Assembly (NCBI GenBank): GCA_964057225.1 | Contig: OZ059896.1 | Location: 9,052,001 to 9,116,000, forward strand | Origin: Auanema rhodensis | Lineage: Eukaryota > Animalia > Nematoda | Direction of reading: 5' to 3' | DNA: 64,000 bases | Notes under the pieces: generated by a model | Database searches by the model: none | What the model saw: only the letters and a program-made list of their open reading frames with translations | What the model was told of the DNA's origin: nothing | Program-made: the position numbers and the translations under genes | Part shown: piece by piece, positions 13,036 to 26,960 of the stretch | Layout: each line of letters starts with the position of its first letter | How positions within the stretch are numbered: position 1 is the first letter of the stretch

Positions 13036-13078
13036 AAAGTCTCATTCACTTGTGATCTCGCAAGAGAGAAAGCTCATC

Positions 13079-13582
13079 ATGCAATCTACTGTAACTATTA
13101 TCTTGGCTTTCATGCTGGCTCTACCGTAAGTTAACCTTTTTCTTTCATAATATTGAGAACATCATTATTAATTTTAGCTTTGCTGAAGCTTCGGAACAAC
13201 AGGCAGATGAATATTACAACCAAATAATGGCAAAATTCTTAGCTTCCAAGTAAGTTTTTTTCTACAGTTATAAAAATATTAATAATCAAGCTATAACGAA
13301 CTATGACAAAATAGCAAAAATTTGAAGTATGCTTCATCAAAACGGAACCCGCCTATTATTGGAGCACGTTTACTTAGATCGAGTAATCAAAAAAAAAAAC
13401 ATAACTTGTCTCATTACATTTTAATTTGTAAATAATATTTTATTTCCAGAGATCAAGCTAGACCACTTGGCTTTAGATCTTTCAAGAGATCCCCACATAA
13501 TATCGATACTCGCGCTTTAAATCAGTTTAAGAACTGCTACTTCAGTCCAATACAATGCGTTCTTATGGAAAGGAGAAGATAA
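13079..13582 (+). CDS. Allatostatin-C/somatostatin-like neuropeptide precursor (nlp family; 3 exons; missed by ORF track)
   Basis: Signal peptide MQSTVTIILAFMLALPFAEA, dibasic KR, then SPHNIDTRALNQFKNCYFSPIQCVLME-RRR*. CYFSPIQC matches the AstC CYFNPISC ring. Confidence 0.88.
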
Positions 13583-14020
13583 TATGTGTTGGTTTTCCTG
13601 GTTATGCCACGTGAATAAATTGTGTTAATAGTTTTTTTTTAATGTTGTCTTTATTTTAAAAGTTGAATATTTTATTACAAATATAATCGTAAAGTTCCAA
13701 CACTTTCAAATTCTGAGTATATATCTCAAATGTCTTTAATAGCAGATGGTTTGCTTAAATAAAGGCAAGATTCGAATCTGCTCCCACGCCGATAGTTAGT
13801 TAATTCCTTTAAATTCTCACCCTCGTAAAGAAATTAATTGATGACTTCCATACTTTTGCTTTAGAATTTTTAAATATATTCGTGTGAAGATTTGGAATTT
13901 AGAAGGAATGAGACTATATAATCCATTAAATATGATTATTAGTTCGGTATTGTAAATATAGAACTGAAAAATCTCCCGTATTCAAAGATTTAATTTCATC
14001 CATTATATGCTTTAAATCTT

Positions 14021-15410
14021 TTACAAATAAGAGCATTGCTGCTGACCGCCTTTAAGCTGATGAGTAAGCCCTCTCTGATTTAAAATTCTCTGGACGTTTT
14101 CAAGTTTAGTACGGAGGTCGACAATGACAACAAAATCGTACTTCATGCAACGGGCTTTCTGTAATATTAAGATATTTGTTGGGAAAAAAATATTCTGAAC
14201 CTCATCCGGTGTTTGATCAATATCGGCCTTTGTATCTGGGATCCATGCACTTAGTTCGGAAACTATTCCAACCTGTAAAAGAGCAGTGTGGATTTTTGCT
14301 TTTTTTTTTCAAATAATAACCAAAAAGTTTTGTCCTCGAACTAAGCAGTATACTGGAGAACCAGAATCACCCTAAAAATAGATGAGTAAAAGTTCATGAG
14401 CATTGGCTTTTGTCCTATTATTTTGAGAAGGCGATATACCCACATACTTTAATATGTTCATTATATGAATATATTCAAGGTAATGTTTGGATCAAGAAAA
14501 TTTTCAAACCCCTCACCATGCAAAGTTTAGTTAATGGCGACAAAGGCTCACCAACAAGAACTTTATTTTCGTCAAATTTACGAATACTTAAGCGTAGGAT
14601 AGCCATTGATGGTTCATCAGTTTGAACATCTATAATTTAAAAGTTTTTTATGTCATAAGGAATAGGTGTTACCTCCATTTCTCCCCCAACCATTTGCAAA
14701 GCAAAATGAAGTTTCTAATTCGAGATCAGATATCGGGATCGTCAAATAAGCAAACATAGGATTGGGCTTAACAATATTTTTTTTCTTTTTTTTCCTTCGC
14801 TAACTTACTTTAACAGGAACTGTAAATGGTGTTGGAGGGAGACGAGCAATTTCTGGTCCTTTTTTAACATGACAAGCTTCGGAAATTGGTCTAGGAAGAT
14901 AAACTATGGCTAAATCTTCACTTCCATCTTCACTCTACATAAATTAATTTAAGACAAATTAGAAGAACATTAGTACTTCCAAGTATGAAGGGAGCATATC
15001 AATAGCTCTTGATATAAGTCTTATTTGCTGGGGGTCGTACTTCCGGATATTAAATGTATTCAAGCGTACTTGAACAGATGTAGCACTGAAATCATGTGAA
15101 GTTCGAAAAAAAATTAAAAAAACCCATACAATGAGGAGTTATGATAAACACAATGAGCAGCTGTCAGAATTATATTTGGTGCAATTAAGGAACCACCACA
15201 AATAATTCTCCTATTGGTGTTATTTAGACTTTTCGATCCAATCAATAGAACAGCTTGAGATTTAACTTCTGAAGTCAAATCATTAATCATAACTTGCTAA
15301 AAATGATTGTGTTTACTAGCACTAGTTGTTGGTACTCCATTTATGACAGAGTAAGCAGATTGAACAGAAATTAAAAGAAATAAGGCAGTTTGTAGAGAAC
15401 GGTACGGCAT
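14021..15410 (-). CDS. Secreted trypsin-like (S1) serine protease
   Basis: Signal peptide, VING N-terminus, CGGSLIAPNIILTAAHC (His), EDLAIV (Asp), GDSGSP (Ser). Confidence 0.9.
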
Positions 15411-15841
15411 GTTTAGGAATAAAATGAATTTTAAAATTTGCAATCACTTGTGATGTTTTTTTTTCTGAATTTTTCACCGTCATCAATATGATTAACCACG
15501 TAAACCATCAATTTCATCGAAATTTAACATTTATTTATATATCTAATAAAAACATAATTTCATTCCGAAACATATACATTCATATTTGGGTGAAAAAATC
15601 TGAAATTGTTCTGTACAACTCAATTATTTTCTTAACGTTTCTGGAATATTTTTAGATTTTCTCAAAAAGGATAAATAACCGAACATAGTCTACAAACATT
15701 GCATTTTTCACTACATATATTTATTTTGTAATTTATAACATGCTTTATAGTATCAATTTACTGTTGAGACATCTTTATAAAAAATAAAAAAAAATGTAAT
15801 TTTATGCTCTTTTCTATTTGCTTATTTGAAGACCGAGCACC

Positions 15842-15913
15842 GGTTCCATGGTGTAGCGGTTAGCACTCAGGACTCTGAATCCTGCGACCCGAGTTCAAAT
15901 CTCGGTGGAACCT
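15842..15913 (+). tRNA. tRNA-Gln (anticodon CTG)
   Basis: GGTTCCA/TGGAACC acceptor stem, A box TGTAGCGG, anticodon arm CAGGA-CTCTGAA-TCCTG, T-loop GTTCAAATC; 72 nt, followed by TTTT. Confidence 0.98.
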
Positions 15914-16009
15914 ATGTTTTGGAATAATGATAAGACATTTTATATTCGATACAGTATTTTTCTATACAGTAGTAGTGTTTTTAGTTGAAATTATTTAAAA
16001 AAAAATTTA

Positions 16010-16600
16010 TTTTGTTTTTGCTCTCGTTTTCTGAAATAACTTTCTACAAGGAACAGATGCGTAATTGTCTTGAGCTGTATTCCAATCGTGGTTTGAATGC
16101 TTTGAAAGCTCATAATCTTCTTCAATCCACTTATGTTGAAGATATTCCTTCTTATAGTACCTGTAGTTCAAATTTTATGTACCTCTAACTTCTGAAATCT
16201 GAAAAGGTGATGTTATGCTGTTTTTGGGATGAAAAAGAAATAATTCATTAGGAAATTGTTGAATTATGAGAAGACGTTGAATAGATGGCTCTATTCTGAA
16301 CAAATTCAACGCTGTATCATTGAAAGGCCCACGCAAACCCAAGAAAATCTTTCTTCAACATGACCTGTAACTTATACCTATTCACCTTGCTTCTTCTGAT
16401 TACATTCATATCTTGCTGACCTTGCTTCTTCTGATTACATTCATATCGATTGAGCACTTTTTAAAGGGGAAAACTTTCAAAAATGAAGAAAACGCCTCTC
16501 TAACCTATTTTTTTCAGACAAAATCTAAAGAAGTTTTCAGAAAAAAAAAGAAATTTGGTTAAGAATGAGCAGAAAGCCTTGGAAAATTAATGGTATTATT
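16010..16600 (+). mobile_element. Decayed mariner-family transposase remnant
   Basis: KVMLCCFWDEKEIIH* at ~16203 (mariner KVMLCVWWDxxGII). Remnant of YSPDLAPSDY at ~16378-16447 carries a 29-bp internal duplication (16384-16412 / 16419-16447). Stops and frameshifts present; no TIRs seen. Confidence 0.75.
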
Positions 16601-16629
16601 CTTTTAGGTTTCTGGAAACATGTTTTAAA

Positions 16630-16656
16630 ATGCGCGGGGGTGCGCGGCGCGAAAAC
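16630..16656. promoter_or_regulatory. CpG-rich promoter element with E2F-like site (GGCGCGAAAA)
   Basis: TGCGCGGGGGTGCGCGGCGCGAAAA stands out in AT-rich DNA upstream of the nucleoredoxin gene. A similar GGCGGGAAAA lies at ~8918 upstream of sqd-1. Confidence 0.45.
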
Positions 16657-16842
16657 CGAAGAAAGAATTGCATTCAAACATTTTTCTTATAATAAAGTAA
16701 GTAGTTGAGTAGTTCGTTTATTTTATTTTGCCGATTTGGTTTTGAAATTTTACATACTAGTATGTAAAATATAAAATTTTAAGTACTTGACTGGACGGGG
16801 TTTCATTTTCTTGTTCAAACTTTAGATTAAACTGTTACTAAC

Positions 16843-17426
16843 ATGTCGGAATTATTGGCTGGTGTCGAAATTCAATTGAAGGATGGATCTAAAGTCGATG
16901 CAGGGAAATATTTGAAAGACAAGGTAGATATATATATCATTTTATATTTTTTTTTCTTTTTAGTTTGTCGGACTCTATTTTTCTGCTAGCTGGTGCCCAC
17001 CATGCAGAGCTTTCACACCTAAGTTAAAAGTACAATTTTAAAAATAATTTCATTACAAAAATATTCTAATCTTTAGGAGTTCTATAATGCAGTAAAGAAG
17101 AACCATCCTGAGTTTGAAGTAATTTTCGTATCTCGTGATAGAGCTGCTGAAGATCTTCAAAATTATTATAATGACAACATGGGAGATTGGGCTCTCATTC
17201 CATTCGGAGACGCTAAGATACAGTATGTTCTACTTTTTATAAGTTCTGCAATATTTTTGTTTTCAGAGAATTACTTGAGAAGTATGAAGTAAAAACTATT
17301 CCTTCAATGAGAATGATAAAAGCTGACGGTACCATTGTTGTTCAAGATGCTCGAACAGAAGTTCAAGAGCAAGGTATGGAGGATCCAGAAGCAGTTTATG
17401 AATCATGGGAGGCTTTTAACATGTAA
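16843..17426 (+). CDS. Nucleoredoxin/tryparedoxin-like thioredoxin (WCPPC; 4 exons)
   Basis: MSELLAGVEIQLKDGSKVDAGKYLKDK/FVGLYFSASWCPPCRAFTPKLK/EFY...FEVIFVSRDR.../ELLEKYEVKTIP...WEAFNM*. Confidence 0.93.
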
Positions 17427-17850
17427 CATCTTAATTTGCTTGATTGTTTGTGTATGTACTTAAGTATTAATTTAAAATTAATATTTTGGTTTTTATTCTG
17501 TATTACTCCCCCACCTCAAAGCCTTAAGGCCTTCTTTGGAAACTAATAAACTTGTTTCTAGAATTTTTCATCTAATAATGATAATGCTTTATTTCATCAA
17601 TTATTTCTAATGATTTCATAAGGTGTAGTGCATTTCAGTATTCGTTGCCTAGATAAGAGGACGTATTGCAGCCGGTAGCAAAATAATCTCGTAGTTATCA
17701 AATCCTTGAAAGCAATTAAAGCATGAATAGGTATAGAAAGGAGCAGATTAGGTAATGATTTATGTTTTCAATAAAAATATATACATATTTTCGTAATAAT
17801 TCTTATTTTGATGCACTATTCTCTGTTACCGGTACTTATTAAAAGAAAAC

Positions 17851-20322
17851 CTAGATATCCATATCTGCGAAAGTTTCTTGCATTTTCATACGTAGAGCAT
17901 TTTCGTTCAAAATAAAGTCTGTTCCCAATTCGATGAATCCGCTGTGAACTTTAAGCTTTGGTTCTATGAATTTAATTGAATCCTGAACAAAGTTTAGACC
18001 GCAAGATTTAATTTAGTTCTAACCTGCAATGGGAATGACACTCCTTTTTTGAGAGCTTGACTCAGTTGTGGTCCTATAAATGTTTTCGCCAATGGTGTCA
18101 GTTGTTGAATAGCAGCTGGATCGATTTCAATTGAAGCGCGATGAAGACGAACAGCTAATCTGCAAATCACAAAAAACGAGATATAGTCTGTTCCATGGAT
18201 TAATTCGGTTTTTCTTCACTAGCTGTCAACACATTATAAAAATACCTATTTAGTTTCAAATCTCCACTTAGACGACCACCTTCAGCGCTTAGATTAATGT
18301 CAGCTTGACCATCGGCCGATGAAACCATGACTTGTTTTATATGTCCTTTGTAGTCCACATATGTAATAATTCTGGCTTAAAATATTGTTTTGAAATGTTT
18401 CTTTATTAATTTTTGTTTTTATAGCTTTTGTAACTTACATGATAAACGAATAGCTCCTGCATCTCCGTTGAACGCGAATTCTGGCAAACCATGTGGTATA
18501 AGTACAAAAGAAGCTGTAGCGTTTGGATAAGCCTATCGCACATAAAAATATACATTTCAGAAAAAAAATATCATACTTGAGCAAGAGCAGGAATTAATTT
18601 TCCAACACACACAGAAGAAGCAAAACCACCTTGTCCTGAACAACTAGTTGATACCAAACCTTTATACTGATGAGGGAGGTTCTTTTTATTAAGCTGGAAA
18701 CAGAGATCAATAGAATATTTTATAATATATACAATATTGACTTCAATATTCAACTTATTCGTTTGATAGGCGTGATAAAGAAGAGAATTGAATATGTAAT
18801 CGGAGCCATAAAAGTATAGCATACGCTCTGCATCTTCATCAGTGTTCATTGGTCTACAACAAATATTAATTTCAATTATAACCTATTTATAAGGATACCT
18901 TGGATAAAATGGAGTAGGTTCTGAGGTATCAACATATCTTACTTCACCTTTAAACAAAGTTTATAATAAAAAGTATTAAATACAATATATATTACCTTTA
19001 TTTTGAGTTTCGAAATAGTCATAAGTAACAATAGGATCAGCAATATTACGATTATCGATGTATAGCCCTTCAACAAAATCAGTGATAAATCTGAAGAAAG
19101 GAATCAAACTCAAGTTTTAGGAGTTTCAAAGCTTAATCTCAATGTGTCCCACCTCTTCATTACTGTATTGTCAGTTATATCTCCTTTGAAATGGTCACCA
19201 AAATTAGTTCTGGCAAGTTTTGCGAACATTTTTGGACTATTATCTTCAATTAAATGCTTCAATTTCTTGCAAAACATTGTAGGAATACGCTGACGAATAC
19301 CATCATTGATAAATCCCTTAATGTATATTGTTGAGAAATGGCTTAGATAAACTGGTATACTTCTAGGGTTTTTACTAAAGGCCCCATTGGACCTTGAGGA
19401 TTTATATTGAAATGACTTCTTCCAATAATTGTTGAACAGTTAGGAACCTATAGAATTCAGTAATAACTTCATTGGAAACTGTCGCTGGTACCTGGACTGA
19501 CATCATTCCATGAGCATTTTTAGAAAATTCAGCTGTTAAAGCTACAGTCATGCCAACTAGACTGCCATCGACTGTACCACCTACCTGCATAGGACCCCCC
19601 GTTCCAAAGAAATTTCCAGATAAACTAAACTTGATAATAACAAAAATAATAATTTAATGTTTTACGCTATATCCATATTTTCCAAGCCAAACACAATGAA
19701 GCGAGGTGGAAGAAAGTTAACAACAGAAACCTGAGGTTGAAATCAAGTTTAGACAAAAGCAAAATGAGAAACACTGACTTGTGGTGGATTATATTGAAGA
19801 ACGTTCACATTATTAAGACTAACAAATCCTTCTAAGCCTGGCTGTGAAAATGGAAATGAGGTACTGTATCCTCTAAGATTTGCTATCTGATAGAATTGCT
19901 TCAGTTTCAACATATTAGAATTTGAAACATACTTGTTCATTTAATAATTTAACACCAATTGTTTTTATATGATTTATGCCCTTTTTAGTTAAACGAATCT
20001 TTACTCCAGGATTACCTGAATTAGGCTAAGAATTAGACAATATATGTCACAACTTTCTCCTTTAAAGGATACTAAAAAGATCGATATTGCTTTGGACTAT
20101 AAAGATAGAAAATGAAAAAATAAGAAACAAGGTAATCTTTTAATCAGATTATAAGTTAAATTCAAATAGAGTTGATTTGAAAAAAGTTAAACGAAAATAA
20201 AAAAAAAACTGACCAGGTTCTCTATACCATTCTGATAGTGTTTGGTGATATATTTGCCTAGATTCAATACAATATATTAAAAGAAGTAGCAATAATGTAA
20301 TATTTATCAAGCTAGGTATCAT
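17851..20322 (-). CDS. LBP/BPI/CETP-family secreted lipid-binding protein
   Basis: Signal peptide, GNPGVKIRLTKKGINHI N-terminal motif, ERMLYFYGSDYIFNSLLYHAY, and a C-terminal GVSFPL...GFIELGTDF region. Confidence 0.88.
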
Positions 20323-21353
20323 AACTTGACCAAGAAGCTGGATTAAGCGGACCAACTGTGGAGATTACACACAGAAGATACCCCCTCCCCAACTTTGTCG
20401 ATGAACTCAAGGAGAGAGGGGGAGGAGATGGAAAAGACTATAATGTTTCTGACCATAGAAATTGACAAGAAAGTGAAAGAATGTGGAACAGCAGAGGGCG
20501 AGAAGAGAGACGGTAACGTTGTGGAAAGGATAATGATGAAGAATAGTGGATGATGGCTGAATGATTGTTGGTTGGACTGGTTCATCCTTAGACGCTTCAT
20601 ATCACTAGAATAGTTTCCTTTCAGCCTGTCTTGTAATCTCACTCTATCTCGTTCTCTTTCTGTTTCTCTCTATTAGTCTCCATCTTCGCGTTCGCCAAGA
20701 AGTTATCTAAATCTCTATGAAGCTGGACAGAAAGAAGATGACATGAAAATCGTCATCTAAAATCATTATTCGATGTGTCGTTTCTATTTGAAACTGTACA
20801 TTCGAGGTGTTTCTCGAGTCTGTTTCTTATGTTTCTGACATGTTTCTGTTGTGCTTGTCATGTTTATCATTGAGATAACATAAAAAATCGTGTAATACTT
20901 GTATTATAATAAACTTCTTTATTAATATAATCTATTATATTCGACAACATCTATTCTTAATATAGAAAAAAAACTTATTTTTATATAAGCGACATATGAA
21001 TTTATGCTTCATATACAAAAGTCCTCTAATTGACCATATATAACATAGTCAGAAAGCACCATATAGCAAAGTCTCTATTATGTTATTCATATCATAGCAA
21101 ATACAAAAAAAGACTTCTTGGCAATTTGGCTTTCAAATTAACATAGTATTTGGTATATTGAACATAAGACTATAAAAGTCTTTAATTTGAATGAAAGTAA
21201 TAGAAAGAATATTTGGAGAATAGGGGAAAAGTTAGAAAGGGGAGAGATTAAGAAGGAGATAGATGAAAATCTGTGTAGAGAAACAGAATACCTAAACAAG
21301 GAATGTTTCAATATAGTATATTTGACGAGACAGATTTCTAGGCTCCTAGAAGT

Positions 21354-24300
21354 TTACAAGGTTTGGAACTCTTGAAGCTCTTCCCCATCAATAGCCTCAT
21401 TAGTGATATCCTTGATCGATATATCAGGACGGAACAGTTTTTTGCATTTCTGTAATAAATACAATATTGTTTTGATATAAAATTCTTTTATATGTATATA
21501 TATCTGACCTCTGAGAAAGTACCGGTTGTGGTAAACCATGCATACACACAGTATCCTGGGATACAAAGCATTGATGAAAGTGACAAGAACCATCCAAAGA
21601 TATGTCCCCAGAGTGGATAATCATAGTTGTAAGCAGCAATACGCAATGGTTGATACTTAATCAAACCGAAAATGAGAACACCCTAAAAAGAAAATTTATA
21701 AAGAAGCATAAAGCTTTAACTATAGGTTATTAATATAATTATTCTTCAATTTATAAGTACTTTCGTTTAAAATTGAAGAAGAACATGCAACATGTTCAAC
21801 AGGGTCTTCTAAGTTCATCATTAATGCTCATGATATCATAAATATTTTTATTTATTTTTAATATTTTCTTATTTTAAAATTTTTTTAAAATATTTTCAAC
21901 TATTCTATTAACTATTTAACTTTTTATTATATACATATGTGTATATTTGTTTGATTTCACATCCTGCTTGAGATGGAATGAGATGAATGTGATTTGAAAG
22001 TTTAATAGGTGATACGACAAATTGCCTTTAACTTGGAACATATGCTCATTGAAATCAAGGTGTTAAGGGAAAGTCCACAAACGATAAATGACAACTGCTC
22101 TTTTCAATTTTCTTCATTTGTCCACCCTCTTCAGGACGTTTTCAAACTTTTCTTCAATCTTTTGAGATAATTCATCAGCTACCAACACATGTACACATTT
22201 TAACTTTTCTTATTGGTTCATGAATTCTCTCGTAAAGCTAGTTTGAAATAATAATAAAAATTAGAATTGTAGAAAAAATGAAAAGAAAATTATTTAAAAT
22301 TAAGAAACATGTTTGTATCAGCCTTTTCTATCTCATCCACCTCCTCATCTCAACTTGAACTTATACTTGATGCTTGTCATAAGCATCAGCTTTCTTATTG
22401 TTTGAAAGTCATCTGTTGCAAGCAACTCTTGAATAGATCAATGATTTTAAAGATCAGACCATTATTACAATTATAATTTCAAATATTTTGAAAATTCATC
22501 CATCAAATTTTTAATTCAGATGAAGGCTTTCTTAAAAATTGCATTATTTACTTACACCACAGACTGCTGGAGTTGCAAACACCCAACAGAATTTCCACCA
22601 AGCACTTGGATAGTATCCAATCATACTCTTCATGTGATCATACCAACGGTCAATACCTATAAGTAAGTTGTGAAGATGAAGCTTTTCTGATTTGATTTGT
22701 CTCATAATATTATAAACTATCAAGCAATCTTACCTACACTCCATGATATAGCAATACATTCAAAGAATAGCAGCCAGAGTAAAGCCCAACCAGATGCAGC
22801 ATAGAAATCAAACAGTTGGAAGACATAAAATCCTCCTTCTGTCACTGTAGATAATCCAACAAAGTAGGATATGATACAGACAGATCCTATGAATATTTCT
22901 CGACCATATTTACGTCCTCGTGTCATAACTGGGAATTCATCGATGATGGCTGTGAAGAATCCTTCCATTGTGCAGAACTTAATATTCATTTTGTATTTAT
23001 AAATTTTAAAATGTAACTGTTTACTTGAGAATCAATACCCAAGAATAGAACCATTGAGAAGAAGAGTATAGACCAGACATTAGTATATGGTAGTTGAAGG
23101 ATTCCCGATGGATATGCCAAGAACAATAAACCAGGTCCAGCTTGAGCTACCTGTTATTTCAAGTTTTTAATTTTTTTGGTCGAATATCATTAATACTTAC
23201 CTCAGCGACACTCTTTCCTTGTTGAGTAGCCATGAATCCAATGAATGAGAATATGACAAAACCAGCAAAAACACTAGTTCCACTGTTGACGAAGCATACA
23301 GTTAAAGCTTGTCTGAAGTACAAATTTAAAACTTTAAACTATAAGTTTGAACGAAATTACTTATAAACATTATTATGGTAAGTGTTATAGCTTCCCAATG
23401 CTACCAATGCTCCAAGTCCCAATCCATAAGAGAAGAATACTTGTGTAACAGCATCAACCCATACCTACAATTAGGATTTTCTTATTACAGAAGTAAATCA
23501 TCAGCTATCTACCTTCGATTCCAATAACCGACTAAAGTCAGGTTTGAGATAGAATTCTAATCCAACACTAGCTCCTGGTAATGTAAGACCACGAATAAGA
23601 AGACAGAACAGCATAATATAAGGGAAAGAAGCAGTAAGGTATACAACCTTAAATTATAAAAATATTAAATTTAATTATAACTTAAATACCTTTCCAGTCC
23701 ACTTGACACCCTTGAAAATGCACAAATAGCAGATAATCCAAGCAATAAGAAGATAGAGAGCTAAGTCCCAACGAACACTTCCAGGATTCTCAATTCCATT
23801 AGATATTCCAAGTACTTGATAGCTATAAAGTAAAATATTTTATAAAAAATAATAATATTTCATAAATATTACTTCCAGAATTCTTTGACAGGTGATTGAA
23901 CAGCTAAATCACTAGATGAACAGAAAGTCCAATTTTTCTTTGCACCAATAAAATGAATTTTCTTATACTCAGTCAGATGTTCAGCAGTTAAAACCTGCAA
24001 AATTAGATAATTTCTTGTTGATTCAATGTTTTTCTTATTAAAATTACTTTGACATTGAAATATTGAGCAATACTACGGTTACTGTCACAAGGAATTTGCT
24101 CATATTCTGATCGACAATGGTTAGTATTCCAAGAATTATCACAATTTCTCCATGGAACATTATCATCAACTCGAATACTGTTGACCAAATAGCATAAAGC
24201 CCAAGCCAATACGACAATGTAATAGATATTAAGCCAGAAAGCCATGACAGCAGCAGCAATACCAACTCCTATATTATAAAAATTATATGATTATTAATAA

Positions 24301-25622
24301 TATTTTAATATTAAAACCTTTGAAAATTGGACAAATTTTGAACATTCCTAATCCTCCAACAGATAGAAGTTGTCCCCATGATGTTTCAAGAATGAATAGT
24401 GGAGCTCCGCAGAAAACAAGAGAAATAACGTAAGGGATTAGGAAAGCACCTAAATCACAGAAATTATACTAACTATATGTTATATTATTTATAAAATATA
24501 TAAATATATTTATTATTATTTTTATTATTATTATGTTTTTGTATGAGAAAGACTTTCTGACAATGAGGGCTAAAAAGATTTTTAAATTAGCTATCACCTC
24601 TTCTTTATCATTTGTCAAGTGAACGTCAGACATTTGAAAGAAGCTATTTTTCAATTACAAGAGAATTTACAGCGGAATCAGAGAAGAGTTGTCAGGAGAT
24701 ATCATTGAATCAATGAAATTCTTATTTAAAAAATTGAAATTCCTTTCATTAGATAGCCGTTCGTTTTGAGAAAATAAATAAATAATATATGCAAAAAGCG
24801 TTGAATTAAAATAAATTAAAATAAATTTATTGTTTATATATGTTTATATGATAATAATAATAATCATTATTATTATTATAAAAATTATTTTTATACTTTT
24901 TTTATAAAAAAATTTTAAAAAAAAGTTGACGTTTGGAATTGATATTCATAAATTTGACATTCATAGTCACAACATTTCTTCATAGATTTGTAAAAGCAAA
25001 AGATGATAGATTGATTGAAAAAAACAGCAAACGAAGAAGAAGAAGAAGAAGAAGAAGAAAAAGAAAAATGAAGATCAAAGTTCTAAAATATCATTTATGT
25101 TGGTAATATCAAATGTTATCTGTTATCTTATGTTAACAGATCTATGTTGTTTGTTAGGTAATTAGATCTTAGAAATACTAGACGCAAATACGTGAAAACT
25201 GAAAGTGTTCATCATCATCTTCATCTTCATCTTTTTTTTTTACAAAAAAAAAAACATTTTTTTTCTTATTTAAGAAATAGCTTATGATTCTTTTGTTCAG
25301 AAAATATTTTTTTCTCATTTTTGTCTTGCTCAATTGCTTAGTATTGCTGGTAACTAACACATATTTATGTCTCTTTCAGATTAATGTCTGTTTAAATTTT
25401 CGACTGGAAGCATTTTTGTCAAACATGCTCTTAAACAAGCTTGAAAATGCGCAAAAGTGTTTTTCTCTTCATTTTTTGAAACAAACCTCCTCCATTTTGA
25501 TAGCAAAGATATGGGAATCTCCATACATTACCAAGACCAATAGCATAACCAATACAGGACATAATGAAATCGGCCCATGACGACCATTTCTCTCGTTCAA
25601 CGGGTCTAATACTACCTTCCAT
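21354..25622 (-). CDS. snf-11: SLC6 sodium/chloride-dependent GABA transporter
   Basis: [78 protein letters not shown]; ends ELQEFQTL*. Confidence 0.92.
25033..25059 (+). repeat. (GAA)9 microsatellite in snf-11 intron 1
   Basis: Read directly from the sequence. Confidence 0.9.
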
Positions 25623-25778
25623 TTGAAAAACTGGAAAAAAAAGATAAAAATGTGAATAAAATTGAAAAAAAATGTAAACAATGAAATATACAAGATATAT
25701 AAGAGGAATGGTTGAAGAATATTCAAGGCATTTTATAAGCACTTACAATCTAGAAGAGGATGAGAGGATGAGTAAGGA

Positions 25779-25790
25779 GGGGGGGGGGGG
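25779..25790 (+). repeat. G12 homopolymer upstream of snf-11
   Basis: Read directly from the sequence. Confidence 0.9.
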
Positions 25791-26869
25791 AGATGGCAGA
25801 AAATAAATACTAAAAATGGGAAAATTTTTTGTGAAAAGAATTGAAAAATGGCAGAATATCTATGGAGAAGGAGGCGTTAAACATATGAACTTGGAAGATT
25901 ATATGTATTTGGTAGAAAGAAGAATGAACATAAACAAAAGACAACTAACTATTAAATCTTTTTCTTTTCAAGTTAGTTATACAAGTGGACAATTTTCAAA
26001 AAAAAGGGAAAGAGACTCAATGTAACACAAAATATTCCTGAAGTTAGATGTATGTATATGAACTTATATGATGTATTCTTCAAAAATAATAATTTCCGAA
26101 ATTTTGTCAGAACAGTTTAATGCCTTAAGGCTCAGTAGGAAATGTGAATAAGAACTTTTAATATTCAAGATTATTTGTTAAAATTGAAATCAACAAATCT
26201 ACATACGTTTTGAAATAAAATTGCTGAACGTGCTGAGAACTATGAGTAAGATTGAAGAAGAAAAACATAAAATGAGTCTCATACGGAAGAATATCATCAT
26301 GATATTTACAAAATAATGTTCAAACTTTTACGTGAATCAAATGAAGTTTTATGTTTATTGGTATTGTTTAATGGAAAGGGAAATCCCGAATCGCCTTGAG
26401 AGTTTTACGTCTCACAGGCTCTATGAGGTGATGGTTTAGACGGATGTCTCTGGGAGGTTGCTCCTCCCCAATTTTCAGCTCCACCACTAGGCAAAGGTCT
26501 CGAGACTCGCATTTACTTCTGCTTTATCATCAATGTCTCTCATTCTCTCGTATTTTCTCTATCACTTCTCTTCTTTTTTGTCTGCTTCTCTCATTTTAAG
26601 CCATCCAACTCTGCTATTTCTTCCTTAGGGGAATTTCTTTCATCTACTCTCCTATTTCTCGTTGTTGTAGACGTAACTCAAAGGTGGAATCTTCCCATCT
26701 CTCCCTCACGTTTCAAACTATTATCTCAATTGATAATATGACACTTTGCTATAGGACTTTTCTACTACCACCCTGCCTTCAATGAATCTGAAAAGACACA
26801 AAGTATAAGAGAAAAATGATGATGATCAGTATTTAGTGGAAAAAGAGAAGAGGACAAAATATTTGATAG

Positions 26870-26960
26870 GATAGAAAGAGAGATAGGGAGAGAAATATTG
26901 AGAAAGAGGTAGATAGATAGAGAGAGAGAGAGAAAGAGAGAGAGAGAAAGAGAGAAGGAA
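26870..26960 (+). repeat. GA-rich simple repeat (GAGA-like tract)
   Basis: Imperfect (AG)n/(AGAT)n run. Confidence 0.8.
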
